NCBI GenBank assembly: GCA_011046135.1
Contig: DSBG01000137.1
Location: 23,536 to 87,535 of the forward strand
DNA: 64,000 bases
Source: Deltaproteobacteria bacterium
GTDB taxonomy: Bacteria > Desulfobacterota > Desulfomonilia > UBA1062
Reading direction: 5' to 3'
In this document: positions 1 to 7,991 of the stretch, piece by piece
Layout of the letters: every line of letters starts with the position of its first letter
Numbering within the stretch: the stretch's first letter is position 1
Position numbers and translations under genes: made by a program
Notes under the pieces: generated by a model
Seen by the model: only the letters and a program-made list of their open reading frames with translations
What the model was told of the DNA's origin: nothing
Database searches by the model: none

Positions 1-94
1 CGAGGATGCCGCCGCCTGTGATGATCTGTTCGCACAGGTACTCGGAGTCCACAAGATTCTTGTGGCACCCCAGGCTTATCACAGAGTAGCGCAT
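1..94 (-). CDS. partial CDS: N-terminus of a MiaB/RimO-family radical-SAM methylthiotransferase (continues beyond window start)
   Basis: Minus-strand translation from ATG at 94 gives MRYSVISLGCHKNLVDSEYLCEQIITGGGIL, matching the conserved N-terminal MTTase-domain motif (SLGCxKNxVDSE) of RimO/MiaB; truncated by window edge; weak RBS. Confidence 0.45.
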   Translation of the reverse strand, partial: MRYSVISLGCHKNLVDSEYLCEQIITGGGIL

Positions 95-106
95 GCTCGG
101 AAAGTT

Positions 107-1336
107 TCAGTTGAAGGCCGTGTTTCTGGGAATCACGACAATCCCTCCGGGAGAGACATCGTAGAGTTTCTTGTCCTGTTCGAAGTCAAACCCGATGGTG
201 GTCCCTGGAGGGATTCTCACATACTTGTCGATGATGGCCCGGCGGATCTTGCAGTTCCTTCCTACGTCGACACCTTCCAAGATGATGGAATCCGACACTT
301 CGGCATAGCTGTTTACCCGAACATTGGGCGAGATGATCGATCGTATGACCATTCCTCCCGAGATGATGGCGCCGTTGCTCACGATGGAATCAAATACCGT
401 GCCTATTCGCTTGCCGTCCTCGCCCCCGGAAAAGATCATTTTAGCAGGGGGATACGGGCTGTACACGGTGTGAACGGGCCAATCGGGATTATATAGGTTA
501 CAGCTGGGAGTAACGGAAACCAGATCCATGTTGGCATCATAGTACGCATCCAACGTCCCGATGTCTCGCCAGTACTCGTTGTTCATGATTCCCTCGAAGC
601 GGAATGCCATAAGGCGGTGGTGTCTGAGCATCCTGGGAATGACGTCCTTGCCGAAATCATGGGAACTTGACTTGAGCTTTGCATCCTCGATGAGCTGTTT
701 GATGAGCACGTCAGTTCTAAAGACATAGATTCCCATGGACACCAGGATCTTCGAAGGATCACCTGGCAGGGTGCTGGGATGTTTCTTGGGTTTTTCCTGG
801 AACCCCTCAATGGTGTTGTCAGGTCGCATATTCACCACACCGAAGCTCGGCGCTGTCTCGACGGGCATGGGGACTACGCCCAGCGTCGCATCGGCGTCCT
901 GCTGGTCATGGAACCTGATCATGTCGAGGTAATTCATCTGGTAAATGTGGTCTCCTGAAAGGATGAGGGTATAGGTGGGATTTTCCTGCTGGAGGGTGTA
1001 GATGTTCTGAAATACGGCGTCTGCCGTCCCCTCGTACCAGCTGCTTCCGATCCGCTGCTGGGCAGGGATGTTGTAGATGAATTCACCGGTAGGGTAGGAG
1101 AAAAACGGCAGCCACCCCCTCTGGATATGGCGGTCAAGGGAAAGCGACTTGTACTGAGAGAGCACGTAGATTCTTTTCAGACCGGAGTTGACGACATTGG
1201 ACAGGGTGAAGTCGATGATGCGGTACATTCCCCCGAAGGGTACGGCAGGCTTCGCCCGGTCCTTGGTCAACGGGTAGAGACGTTCCCCTTTTCCTCCCCC
1301 GAGAATGATCACTTCAATGTCGTGCTCGTGGAACAT
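107..1336 (-). CDS. glgC: glucose-1-phosphate adenylyltransferase (ADP-glucose pyrophosphorylase)
   Basis: 409 aa; N-terminus ILGGGKGERLYPLTKDRAKPAVPFGGMYRIIDFTLSNVVNSGLKRIYVLSQYKS...HIQRGW is the GlgC nucleotide-binding signature; C-terminal left-handed beta-helix region. Confidence 0.9.
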   Translation of the reverse strand: MFHEHDIEVIILGGGKGERLYPLTKDRAKPAVPFGGMYRIIDFTLSNVVNSGLKRIYVLSQYKSLSLDRHIQRGWLPFFSYPTGEFIYNIPAQQRIGSSWYEGTADAVFQNIYTLQQENPTYTLILSGDHIYQMNYLDMIRFHDQQDADATLGVVPMPVETAPSFGVVNMRPDNTIEGFQEKPKKHPSTLPGDPSKILVSMGIYVFRTDVLIKQLIEDAKLKSSSHDFGKDVIPRMLRHHRLMAFRFEGIMNNEYWRDIGTLDAYYDANMDLVSVTPSCNLYNPDWPVHTVYSPYPPAKMIFSGGEDGKRIGTVFDSIVSNGAIISGGMVIRSIISPNVRVNSYAEVSDSIILEGVDVGRNCKIRRAIIDKYVRIPPGTTIGFDFEQDKKLYDVSPGGIVVIPRNTAFN

Positions 1337-1701
1337 TATTCTCCTATGAGTTCATGGATCACGTGCTTGAGTTTTTTCAGGTCGTGGGATTTCACCACAA
1401 AGGCGTCTGCCGCCATTGCCATGACATCATTTTTATAACTCGGGTAGGCAGTATGGATGACAACCGGTGTTGCCAGAGACGATTTGAGGAGATGCCCCAT
1501 GGTCTCCAAGCCATCCATCCGGGGCATTCGGAGATCAAGGATGATGAGATCGGGCTTCTCATCGCCCTGCAGACGATTCAGTGCATCCTTGCCGTTTGCC
1601 GCTGTATCGATGATGTATCCCTCGTCGTTCAGCTCATCTTTCAGGAGCGTCTGCACATTCTTGTCATCTTCTACAACCAGTATCCTCTTCACCGTGTACA
1701 T
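1336..1701 (-). CDS. single-domain CheY-like response regulator (receiver only)
   Basis: KRILVVEDD...DLIILDLRMPRMDG...TAYP...K receiver motifs; no output domain. Start ambiguous (TTG 1728, ATG 1701 or GTG 1692). Stop overlaps glgC start (TAATG). Confidence 0.75.
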   Translation of the reverse strand: MYTVKRILVVEDDKNVQTLLKDELNDEGYIIDTAANGKDALNRLQGDEKPDLIILDLRMPRMDGLETMGHLLKSSLATPVVIHTAYPSYKNDVMAMAADAFVVKSHDLKKLKHVIHELIGE

Positions 1702-1728
1702 AATAGTACGGGCGATAACCAGTGTCAA
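1700..1728 (-). promoter_or_regulatory. promoter-like TTGACA-17-TATTAT on minus strand overlapping candidate starts of the receiver gene
   Basis: Minus-strand TTGACA (1728-1723), 17-nt spacer, TATTAT (1705-1700); GTG at 1692 follows 7 nt later. Confidence 0.25.
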
Positions 1729-1771
1729 ATGCTGCCAGCTTTTTCCCCGCAGCTCTTTACAAGCGATCTCG

Positions 1772-2152
1772 TCAGTTCTTCAGAGGTTTTGTCGCCAAGG
1801 AGACCCTGGTGTGATTCGTCGATCTCAGTGCGTCGAGCACCTCTACCACCCGGTAATACGGGAGTTCTCTCGATGCGAGAATAATGATGTCCCGGTCATG
1901 GGGGAGAGAGGAGAGGGCCTGCAGCGACGTTGACGTTCCGTCAACCGTGATTCCATCAGGAGTAATGGCCAGAGCGAGCGCCTCTGTGACGAGGGATTTT
2001 CCGCTGGATGAGCCTGGCAGCATGACATCACTCAGGTTTATGGCGGAGCCTATGGAGAGCATGAAGAAGATGAGCAGCAGAAACACCACGTCCACCAGCG
2101 GTGTGATATCCAGTGCGGAAATAGTCTTATCTCGTTTCCTTCTGAACCTCAT
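1772..2152 (-). CDS. exbD: ExbD/TolR-family biopolymer transport protein
   Basis: 126 aa; single N-terminal TM (ITPLVDVVFLLLIFFM) and periplasmic ExbD/TolR domain; overlaps upstream exbB. Confidence 0.85.
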   Translation of the reverse strand: MRFRRKRDKTISALDITPLVDVVFLLLIFFMLSIGSAINLSDVMLPGSSSGKSLVTEALALAITPDGITVDGTSTSLQALSSLPHDRDIIILASRELPYYRVVEVLDALRSTNHTRVSLATKPLKN

Positions 2153-2762
2153 AGTTTTCGCCCTTGAGATATTCCAGGATCCTCGCAGAGGTTTTTTCCA
2201 TTTCCAGGAGGAGGTAATCGCTCCTGGCGATGAAAAAGCGGTAGAAGATATAGACCGGGATCCCTATGGAGAGGCCGGTTGCCGTGGTTATGAGGGCCTC
2301 TGATATCCCTGCGGCGAGCATCTGGCTCTCGCTCCCGGTGCCTCCCACTGCCTGGAAGGAGGTGATCATCCCGGAGACTGTTCCCAGGAGGCCGAGAAGG
2401 GGACAGATGGTTGCTATGATTCCGAGAATATCGATATACCGCTCGATGGCATATGCCTCACTCGCACCTGCCTCCTCCATGTAGTCCTTGATGATCTCTC
2501 TGCGCATGCCCGCATTCTTGATGGCAACACCGATGACCGAGCAGATGGGGGAGGTATTTCTCTTGAGCAGCTGATCGATATCATTGAGCCTTCCCATGCG
2601 CGTCAGGCGTTCAACCTCCTCCACGAGATCTTTGGGAATGATCTTGGCCTGCCTGAGCGCGAAGATCCGTTCGATAATGATGGCCAGGGCTATAATGGAA
2701 CAGGACAGCAGGGGCCACATCATCGGGCCACCCTTGATGAAGAACTCCCACAATGTCATCAT
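2127..2762 (-). CDS. exbB: MotA/TolQ/ExbB-family proton channel
   Basis: 3 TM helices; conserved C-terminal TolQ/ExbB block (GLLGTVSGMITSF...GISEALITTATGLSIGIP); ORF track extends to 2801 but in-frame ATGs at 2762/2759 are more plausible. Confidence 0.8.
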   Translation of the reverse strand: MMTLWEFFIKGGPMMWPLLSCSIIALAIIIERIFALRQAKIIPKDLVEEVERLTRMGRLNDIDQLLKRNTSPICSVIGVAIKNAGMRREIIKDYMEEAGASEAYAIERYIDILGIIATICPLLGLLGTVSGMITSFQAVGGTGSESQMLAAGISEALITTATGLSIGIPVYIFYRFFIARSDYLLLEMEKTSARILEYLKGENYEVQKETR

Positions 2763-2941
2763 TCCCCCCCATGAATATGAAGCGTATCTCTCCTGTACCA
2801 TAGATGGAGGTCTTTGCCTATTTTCTTTCTCAATGCAGTCAAGAGAACACGTCTTGGTGAGTACGTGATGCCGGGCGCCTCGTTTCGTATCTCCTGGTGG
2901 CGAACAGCACGCTTACGTGTGTGAAAAGATGTTCTTGATAA

Positions 2942-3994
2942 ATGCAGTACAAGATTGCTAACATGGCCGCGATGGAACAGACAGAAGACACCGAGCAGAA
3001 AGAACACGCAATTCAACCGGAGAAACCGAAGAGACTGGTATGTGTGCGTTTCCCCGCCATTCCAACACCCTACATCTTTGATGCCCTTGATTTTGAACTT
3101 GCAGAGGGTGAACTCGTCATCGTGAACACCGAGTCGGGACTCTGTGCGGCAAAGGTCATCGGGTATACCACGGAAGAGGAAGCCTCCGGCCTCGATGAGA
3201 TCAAGCCCGTTCTCAGGAAGCTCACGAAAGATGACAGGATCAAGCTGGAAAGGATACAGGCAAAGGAGAAGGAATGCTTCGCCTTCTGCCAGACCCGCAT
3301 CGCTGAGCGGAAGCTTCCCATGAAGCTCACGCGGGTTGAGCAGCTGTTCGATGAAAACAAGATCACCTTTTACTTCGTTGCGGAAGGGAGAGTGGATTTC
3401 CGGGATCTTTTGAAGGATCTGGTGGACAAGTACAGGACCAGAATAGAACTGAGACAGATAGGAACCAGGCAGGAATCAGCCATGCTCGGTGGCATCGGCA
3501 GCTGCGGGAGAGAGCTGTGTTGCTCCACCTTCCTCACCGGGTTTCAGCGGATTTCGGTCAAGATGGCAAAGAATCAGAACATGACGCTCAACCCCATCAA
3601 GATTTCCGGACTCTGCGGTAAACTGAAGTGCTGCCTCGCCTATGAAAAAGACTCCTACGCCAATCTCATCGAGAACCTCCCCAAGCCGGGAAAGAAGGTG
3701 TTCCTGGAGCAGGGAGAAGCAACGGTGGTGAGCATCAATGTCATCAACCAGAGTTTCGTTGCAAAGCTATCCGACAGGCGCTTCATCAAGTCTTCGGTCT
3801 CCGATATCATTTCCGAGCAGGAATACCAGCAGCTGGTTGAACAGAAGCTTGCCGTTCATGAAAAGGAAAAGATTGCTCAGCAGGAGACTGCCCGGGGTGA
3901 GGGAGATCGATCCAATGAACCCGGACAAACGCAGTCAAAGAGAAGGAGATCCCGGAACAGGAGCGCCAAAAAGAAAAGGAAGAAGCAGCCATGA
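2942..3994 (+). CDS. PSP1 C-terminal domain protein (RicT/YaaT family)
   Basis: PSP1 domain hallmarks incl. Cys cluster (GSCGRELCCSTFL...GLCGKLKCCLAYE); lysine/arginine-rich C-terminal tail; stop overlaps metG start. Confidence 0.75.
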   Translation: MQYKIANMAAMEQTEDTEQKEHAIQPEKPKRLVCVRFPAIPTPYIFDALDFELAEGELVIVNTESGLCAAKVIGYTTEEEASGLDEIKPVLRKLTKDDRIKLERIQAKEKECFAFCQTRIAERKLPMKLTRVEQLFDENKITFYFVAEGRVDFRDLLKDLVDKYRTRIELRQIGTRQESAMLGGIGSCGRELCCSTFLTGFQRISVKMAKNQNMTLNPIKISGLCGKLKCCLAYEKDSYANLIENLPKPGKKVFLEQGEATVVSINVINQSFVAKLSDRRFIKSSVSDIISEQEYQQLVEQKLAVHEKEKIAQQETARGEGDRSNEPGQTQSKRRRSRNRSAKKKRKKQP

Positions 3995-5871
3995 AGGAAC
4001 ACTTCTACATCACGACACCCATCTACTACGTGAATGCAAAACCCCACCTCGGCCATGTCTATACCACGGTGATTGCCGATGTCCTTGCCCGTTACCACAA
4101 GCTTTCCGGTGACAAGGTGTTCTTTCTCACCGGCACCGACGAACACGGCGACAAGATTATGGAAACCGCGAAGAAGCTCGGAACAACGCCGAAGCTCCTC
4201 GCAGATGAAAACAGCGGCCGGTTCAGGGATCTCTGGCCGGAACTCACCATAGAGAACGACCGGTTCATCAGAACCACCGATCCCGATCATGTGAGAACGG
4301 TCCAGGGGATTCTCCAGCGTGTCTATGAAAAGGGCGACATCTACTTCGGAGAGTATGGTGGAAACTACTGTGTGGGATGCGAGAGGTTCTATACCGAGAG
4401 CGAGATGGTGGACGGAACGTGCCCCATACACCAGACGGAGTTTGAATACCGCCAGGAACAGAACTACTTTTTCAGGATGGAGAAATACCGGCCCTGGCTT
4501 GTGGAACACATCAGGGAACACCCCGATTTCATTCGCCCCGAGAGGTATCGGAACGAGGTGCTGGGCATGCTCAGGGAGCCCCTCGACGACCTGTGCATCT
4601 CCAGACCGAAGACCAGGCTCACCTGGGGTATAGAACTGCCTTTTGATAAAAACTTTGTCTGTTATGTCTGGTTCGATGCCCTCATCAACTACCTCACCGG
4701 CATCGGATATCCCGACGGCAATGAATTCGAAGACTACTGGAAGGCATGTCAGCATCTTGTGGGCAAGGACATCCTGAAGCCCCATGCAGTGTACTGGTCC
4801 ACCATGCTCAAGGCCACCGGGGTGGACCCCTTCAGGCATCTCAATGTGCATGGATTCTGGAATATCGACCAGACAAAGATGTCAAAGAGTCTCGGCAACG
4901 TGGTCGACCCCATGGAGCTGAAGAACCGCTACGGAGTGGATGCCTTCCGCTATTTTCTCGTCAGAGAGATGGTTTTCGGGCTCGATTCCAACTTTTCGGA
5001 GGAAGCGCTTGTCGATCGCTACAATGCCGATCTCGCGAACGATCTCGGCAATCTCGTGAGCAGGAGCACCAGCATGGTGGAGCGGTATTTCGATGGAATT
5101 CTGCCGGAGACAGCGGGGCAGCTCCTCGAAGTGGATACCGGGCTCAGAGATCTCACGGAACGGATCGTCACAGGGTATCACGCGAAGATGGAGAACCTCG
5201 AAATGCACGCCGCCATGATCACGGTCTGGTCGCTTATATCCGCACTGAACAAGTACATCGACACGACGGCGCCCTGGGAACTTGCGAAAACAGACAGAGA
5301 TCGTCTCTCCACCGTGATGTATCACATCATGGAGTCCCTTCGTCACGTTGCCCTCATGGTCTTTCCGGTGATGCCCGAGACCTCGAAAAAGATCACAGCC
5401 CTGATCGGGTATCATGGGGAAATCAACTCAGAGGGGCTCTCATCGTTCGGCCAGCTCACGCCGGGAACGAAGATACTTTCAGGAAAAGCCCTTTTCCCAC
5501 GGGTGGAGAAGATCGCTCCAAAAGAGTGTGCGTCTCCCGAACAGGAGAACCTCATCGACATCGGTGAGTTTTCGCGTCTCAGGATCCTCGTAGGAGAGAT
5601 CCTCGATGCAAAACGAGTGAAGAACTCCGATAAACTCCTGGTGCTGCAGGTTGATGTGGGCAGAACAATTCAGATTGCAGCAGGGATTGCACGTGACTAT
5701 GCGCCCGAAGAGCTCACAGGAAAACACATCGCGGTTGTGACCAATCTGAAGCCGGTGAAACTCAGGGGTATTACCTCCGAGGGGATGCTGCTCGCCACAG
5801 ACACACCGGAAGGAACCCTTGCCCTGGTCACCTTCGACAGGGCTCCTTCGGTTGGCGCCAGGGTACGGTAG
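3991..5871 (+). CDS. metG: methionine--tRNA ligase with C-terminal tRNA-binding (EMAP/Trbp111-like) domain
   Basis: TTPIYYVNAKPHLGHVYT (HIGH), KMSKS motif (KMSKSLGNVVDP), zinc knuckle CVGCERFY; 626 aa. Confidence 0.95.
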   Translation: MKEHFYITTPIYYVNAKPHLGHVYTTVIADVLARYHKLSGDKVFFLTGTDEHGDKIMETAKKLGTTPKLLADENSGRFRDLWPELTIENDRFIRTTDPDHVRTVQGILQRVYEKGDIYFGEYGGNYCVGCERFYTESEMVDGTCPIHQTEFEYRQEQNYFFRMEKYRPWLVEHIREHPDFIRPERYRNEVLGMLREPLDDLCISRPKTRLTWGIELPFDKNFVCYVWFDALINYLTGIGYPDGNEFEDYWKACQHLVGKDILKPHAVYWSTMLKATGVDPFRHLNVHGFWNIDQTKMSKSLGNVVDPMELKNRYGVDAFRYFLVREMVFGLDSNFSEEALVDRYNADLANDLGNLVSRSTSMVERYFDGILPETAGQLLEVDTGLRDLTERIVTGYHAKMENLEMHAAMITVWSLISALNKYIDTTAPWELAKTDRDRLSTVMYHIMESLRHVALMVFPVMPETSKKITALIGYHGEINSEGLSSFGQLTPGTKILSGKALFPRVEKIAPKECASPEQENLIDIGEFSRLRILVGEILDAKRVKNSDKLLVLQVDVGRTIQIAAGIARDYAPEELTGKHIAVVTNLKPVKLRGITSEGMLLATDTPEGTLALVTFDRAPSVGARVR

Positions 5872-5887
5872 GGATTTCGGGGCCGCG

Positions 5888-6229
5888 ATGCAGAAGGTTC
5901 CCATCAATCTCGTGCGGCCTGGGATGGTTCTCGCACGAGCTGTGAGGAACGACAAGGGGATGGCTCTGTGCGCAGAGGGAACCGAGCTCAATGCGATCAT
6001 TCTCGAACGGCTCAAGAAGATGAACGTTGAGAGCCTCGTGGTGAAGGGTCATCCGGTTGATAGAGGCGATGAAAATACCCTGGAACAGAAAATCGCTGAG
6101 ACGGAATACCGGTTCTCCCGGGTGAAGGGTGATCCCATCATGGAGGATCTGAAGGCTTCGGTGCTCAGTGCCCTGAAGGTACAGGGGCGCGCGGAAGAGA
6201 CCACGTCGGGAGAGCCGGACCATGGATAG
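5888..6229 (+). CDS. small protein resembling the DUF3391 N-terminal domain of HD-GYP phosphohydrolases (stand-alone)
   Basis: 113 aa; VPINLVRPGMVLARAVRNDKGMALCAEGTELNAIILERLKKMNVESLVVKG follows the L-x-pGM-x-la-x-V...G...L...i..L...gv..v.V pattern of DUF3391; 16 nt after metG stop; stop overlaps next gene start by 8 nt. Assignment from memory, unverified. Confidence 0.4.
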   Translation: MQKVPINLVRPGMVLARAVRNDKGMALCAEGTELNAIILERLKKMNVESLVVKGHPVDRGDENTLEQKIAETEYRFSRVKGDPIMEDLKASVLSALKVQGRAEETTSGEPDHG

Positions 6230-7064
6230 GTCTCAGCAGCTCAAGGCTATCACGAAGCGGATACAGAGCCTGCCGACGTTACCACAGGTTGTGAACAAGC
6301 TCACCACCATGGTGGAAAGCCCCGAAGTAACGGCCAAGGATGTCGGAAAGCTTATCGGCTCCGATCAGGTGCTGGGAGCGAAAGTATTGAGGCTTGTCAA
6401 TTCACCCTTCTACGGATTTCCAGGACGGATTTCTTCTATCAGTCATGCCATCATTCTCCTCGGATTCAACGTGATCAAGGGCGTTGTCCTGTCCGCATCG
6501 GTGTTCGATCTCATGGAAAAATCCATGATCGGTCTCTGGGAGCACTCACTCGGGTGTGCTGTGGTCTCTGGAAGGATCTGCCGGGTCCTGAATCTCAGCG
6601 ATCCTGAAGAAATATCCACGGCCGCTCTGCTGCACGACATCGGCAAGGTTCTCATCAGGGTTTCCCTTCAAGATGATTACGAGAAGATCAGGGGTCTGGT
6701 GGAGAACAGGAACTATTCCTTCAGGGAAGCGGAACTTGAGATTCTGGGTCTCGACCATGCCCAGATCGGATCGTGGCTTGCCCAGGAATGGAAGCTCCCG
6801 GAGCGGCTCACCATTCCCATCACCTTCCACCATGAGCCACACAAGGCACCCAAGATCAGGGAGCGGGTATCCATCGTCCATGTTGCAGACAGTATTGTTC
6901 GTGCCTTTGGTGTGGGCAGTGGTGGTGATCCATGGGTTTCCCGGATCTCTCCTTCTGCGTGGGAGACCCTGGGACTCTCGAGGTTCGATCTCAAGGAGAT
7001 GGCCTCACAGATCCTGGACGACCTGGCAGAAGCCGACGCCCGTCTCGGTGCCCCGGAGGACTAG
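6222..7064 (+). CDS. HDOD domain protein (stand-alone, no fused partner domain)
   Basis: 280 aa; LPTLPQVVNKLTTMVESPEVTAKDVGKLIGSDQVLGAKVLRLVNSPFYGFPGRISSISHAIILLGFNVIKGVVLS...LLHDIGKVLI...LDHAQIG is the HDOD signature. Confidence 0.85.
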   Translation: MDRSQQLKAITKRIQSLPTLPQVVNKLTTMVESPEVTAKDVGKLIGSDQVLGAKVLRLVNSPFYGFPGRISSISHAIILLGFNVIKGVVLSASVFDLMEKSMIGLWEHSLGCAVVSGRICRVLNLSDPEEISTAALLHDIGKVLIRVSLQDDYEKIRGLVENRNYSFREAELEILGLDHAQIGSWLAQEWKLPERLTIPITFHHEPHKAPKIRERVSIVHVADSIVRAFGVGSGGDPWVSRISPSAWETLGLSRFDLKEMASQILDDLAEADARLGAPED

Positions 7065-7067
7065 GCA

Positions 7068-7991
7068 GTGAAGGCAATCATCATTGTCAAAGACAGGGTT
7101 GAAAAAAAGATTGCATCCCTGATCGAGGAATTTTTTGAATCTGTTCAGGTGATTCTGAGCAGTCAGGACTACGTTTCGCTGATCTACATGGATCCTCCCG
7201 ACATCATTCTCATAGACAGGCCCTCGCTGTTCTCCAATGAGGAAAGGATCGTCCAGGAATTCAGGACAAATACCATCTTCGGGCACCTGCCGATCGTGGC
7301 TGTTCTGACGGCTGACGATCTGCCCGAAAAGACCTGGAAGGAGATCCCCATCGATGACTTCATAAACGCAGACGATGATGCTCAGGCCATCATGAGCCGC
7401 CTGGAATTCATCGCCAAGCGTTCACTCAGAGACATCGACACCAATCCCCTCTCGAGGCTTCCCGGAAACGAATCCGTCATCCGGCATATCCAGCGCATGT
7501 TTGACGAGGGCAGAGACGTTGCTGTCGCATGGGTTGACATCGATAACTTCAAGCCCTTCAACGATCGCTACGGTTTTTCCCGGGGGGATGAAGTGATTCT
7601 TGCCACGGCACGGATCATCACCAATGCGGTCAGAGAAATCAACGATTCTTTGAGCTTTGTCGGTCACATCGGAGGCGATGATTTCGTATTCATCTGTCCG
7701 GGCAGGGATGCAAGAACCCTGTGTGAAGAGATCATAGAACGGTTTGACCTGGTCATCAGAAATTTCTACAATGAGGAGGACCTGGCCAACGACGGTATCA
7801 CGACGACTACCCGTGAGGGGACGGAGAAGGCGTTTCCCGTGATGACTATCTCCATCGCTGTGGTGATAAACCGTGGGAGCAGCTACAGCCACTATGGAGA
7901 GGCATCCCGTGATGCCACGGACATTAAGAAATACATAAAATCCCTGGAGGGGAGCAACTTCATGATCGATCGGAGGGGAGCCGGGGCGTGA
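7068..7991 (+). CDS. atypical receiver-like N-domain fused to GGDEF domain with GGDDF variant signature (diguanylate cyclase-like)
   Basis: GTG start 3 nt after HDOD stop, preceded by GGAGGA RBS; C-terminal half has GGDEF-domain blocks (NPLSRLPGN, WVDIDNFKPFNDRYGFSRGDEVI, GGDDFVFI); N-terminal ~120 aa receiver-like but lacks canonical DD/K positions. Confidence 0.8.
   Translation: MKAIIIVKDRVEKKIASLIEEFFESVQVILSSQDYVSLIYMDPPDIILIDRPSLFSNEERIVQEFRTNTIFGHLPIVAVLTADDLPEKTWKEIPIDDFINADDDAQAIMSRLEFIAKRSLRDIDTNPLSRLPGNESVIRHIQRMFDEGRDVAVAWVDIDNFKPFNDRYGFSRGDEVILATARIITNAVREINDSLSFVGHIGGDDFVFICPGRDARTLCEEIIERFDLVIRNFYNEEDLANDGITTTTREGTEKAFPVMTISIAVVINRGSSYSHYGEASRDATDIKKYIKSLEGSNFMIDRRGAGA

Noticed and set aside
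62-496. 144-aa plus-strand ORF at window start
   Set aside because: It is antisense to the glgC 3' end and has no motifs. The true minus-strand features here are glgC and the MiaB/RimO-like N-terminus.
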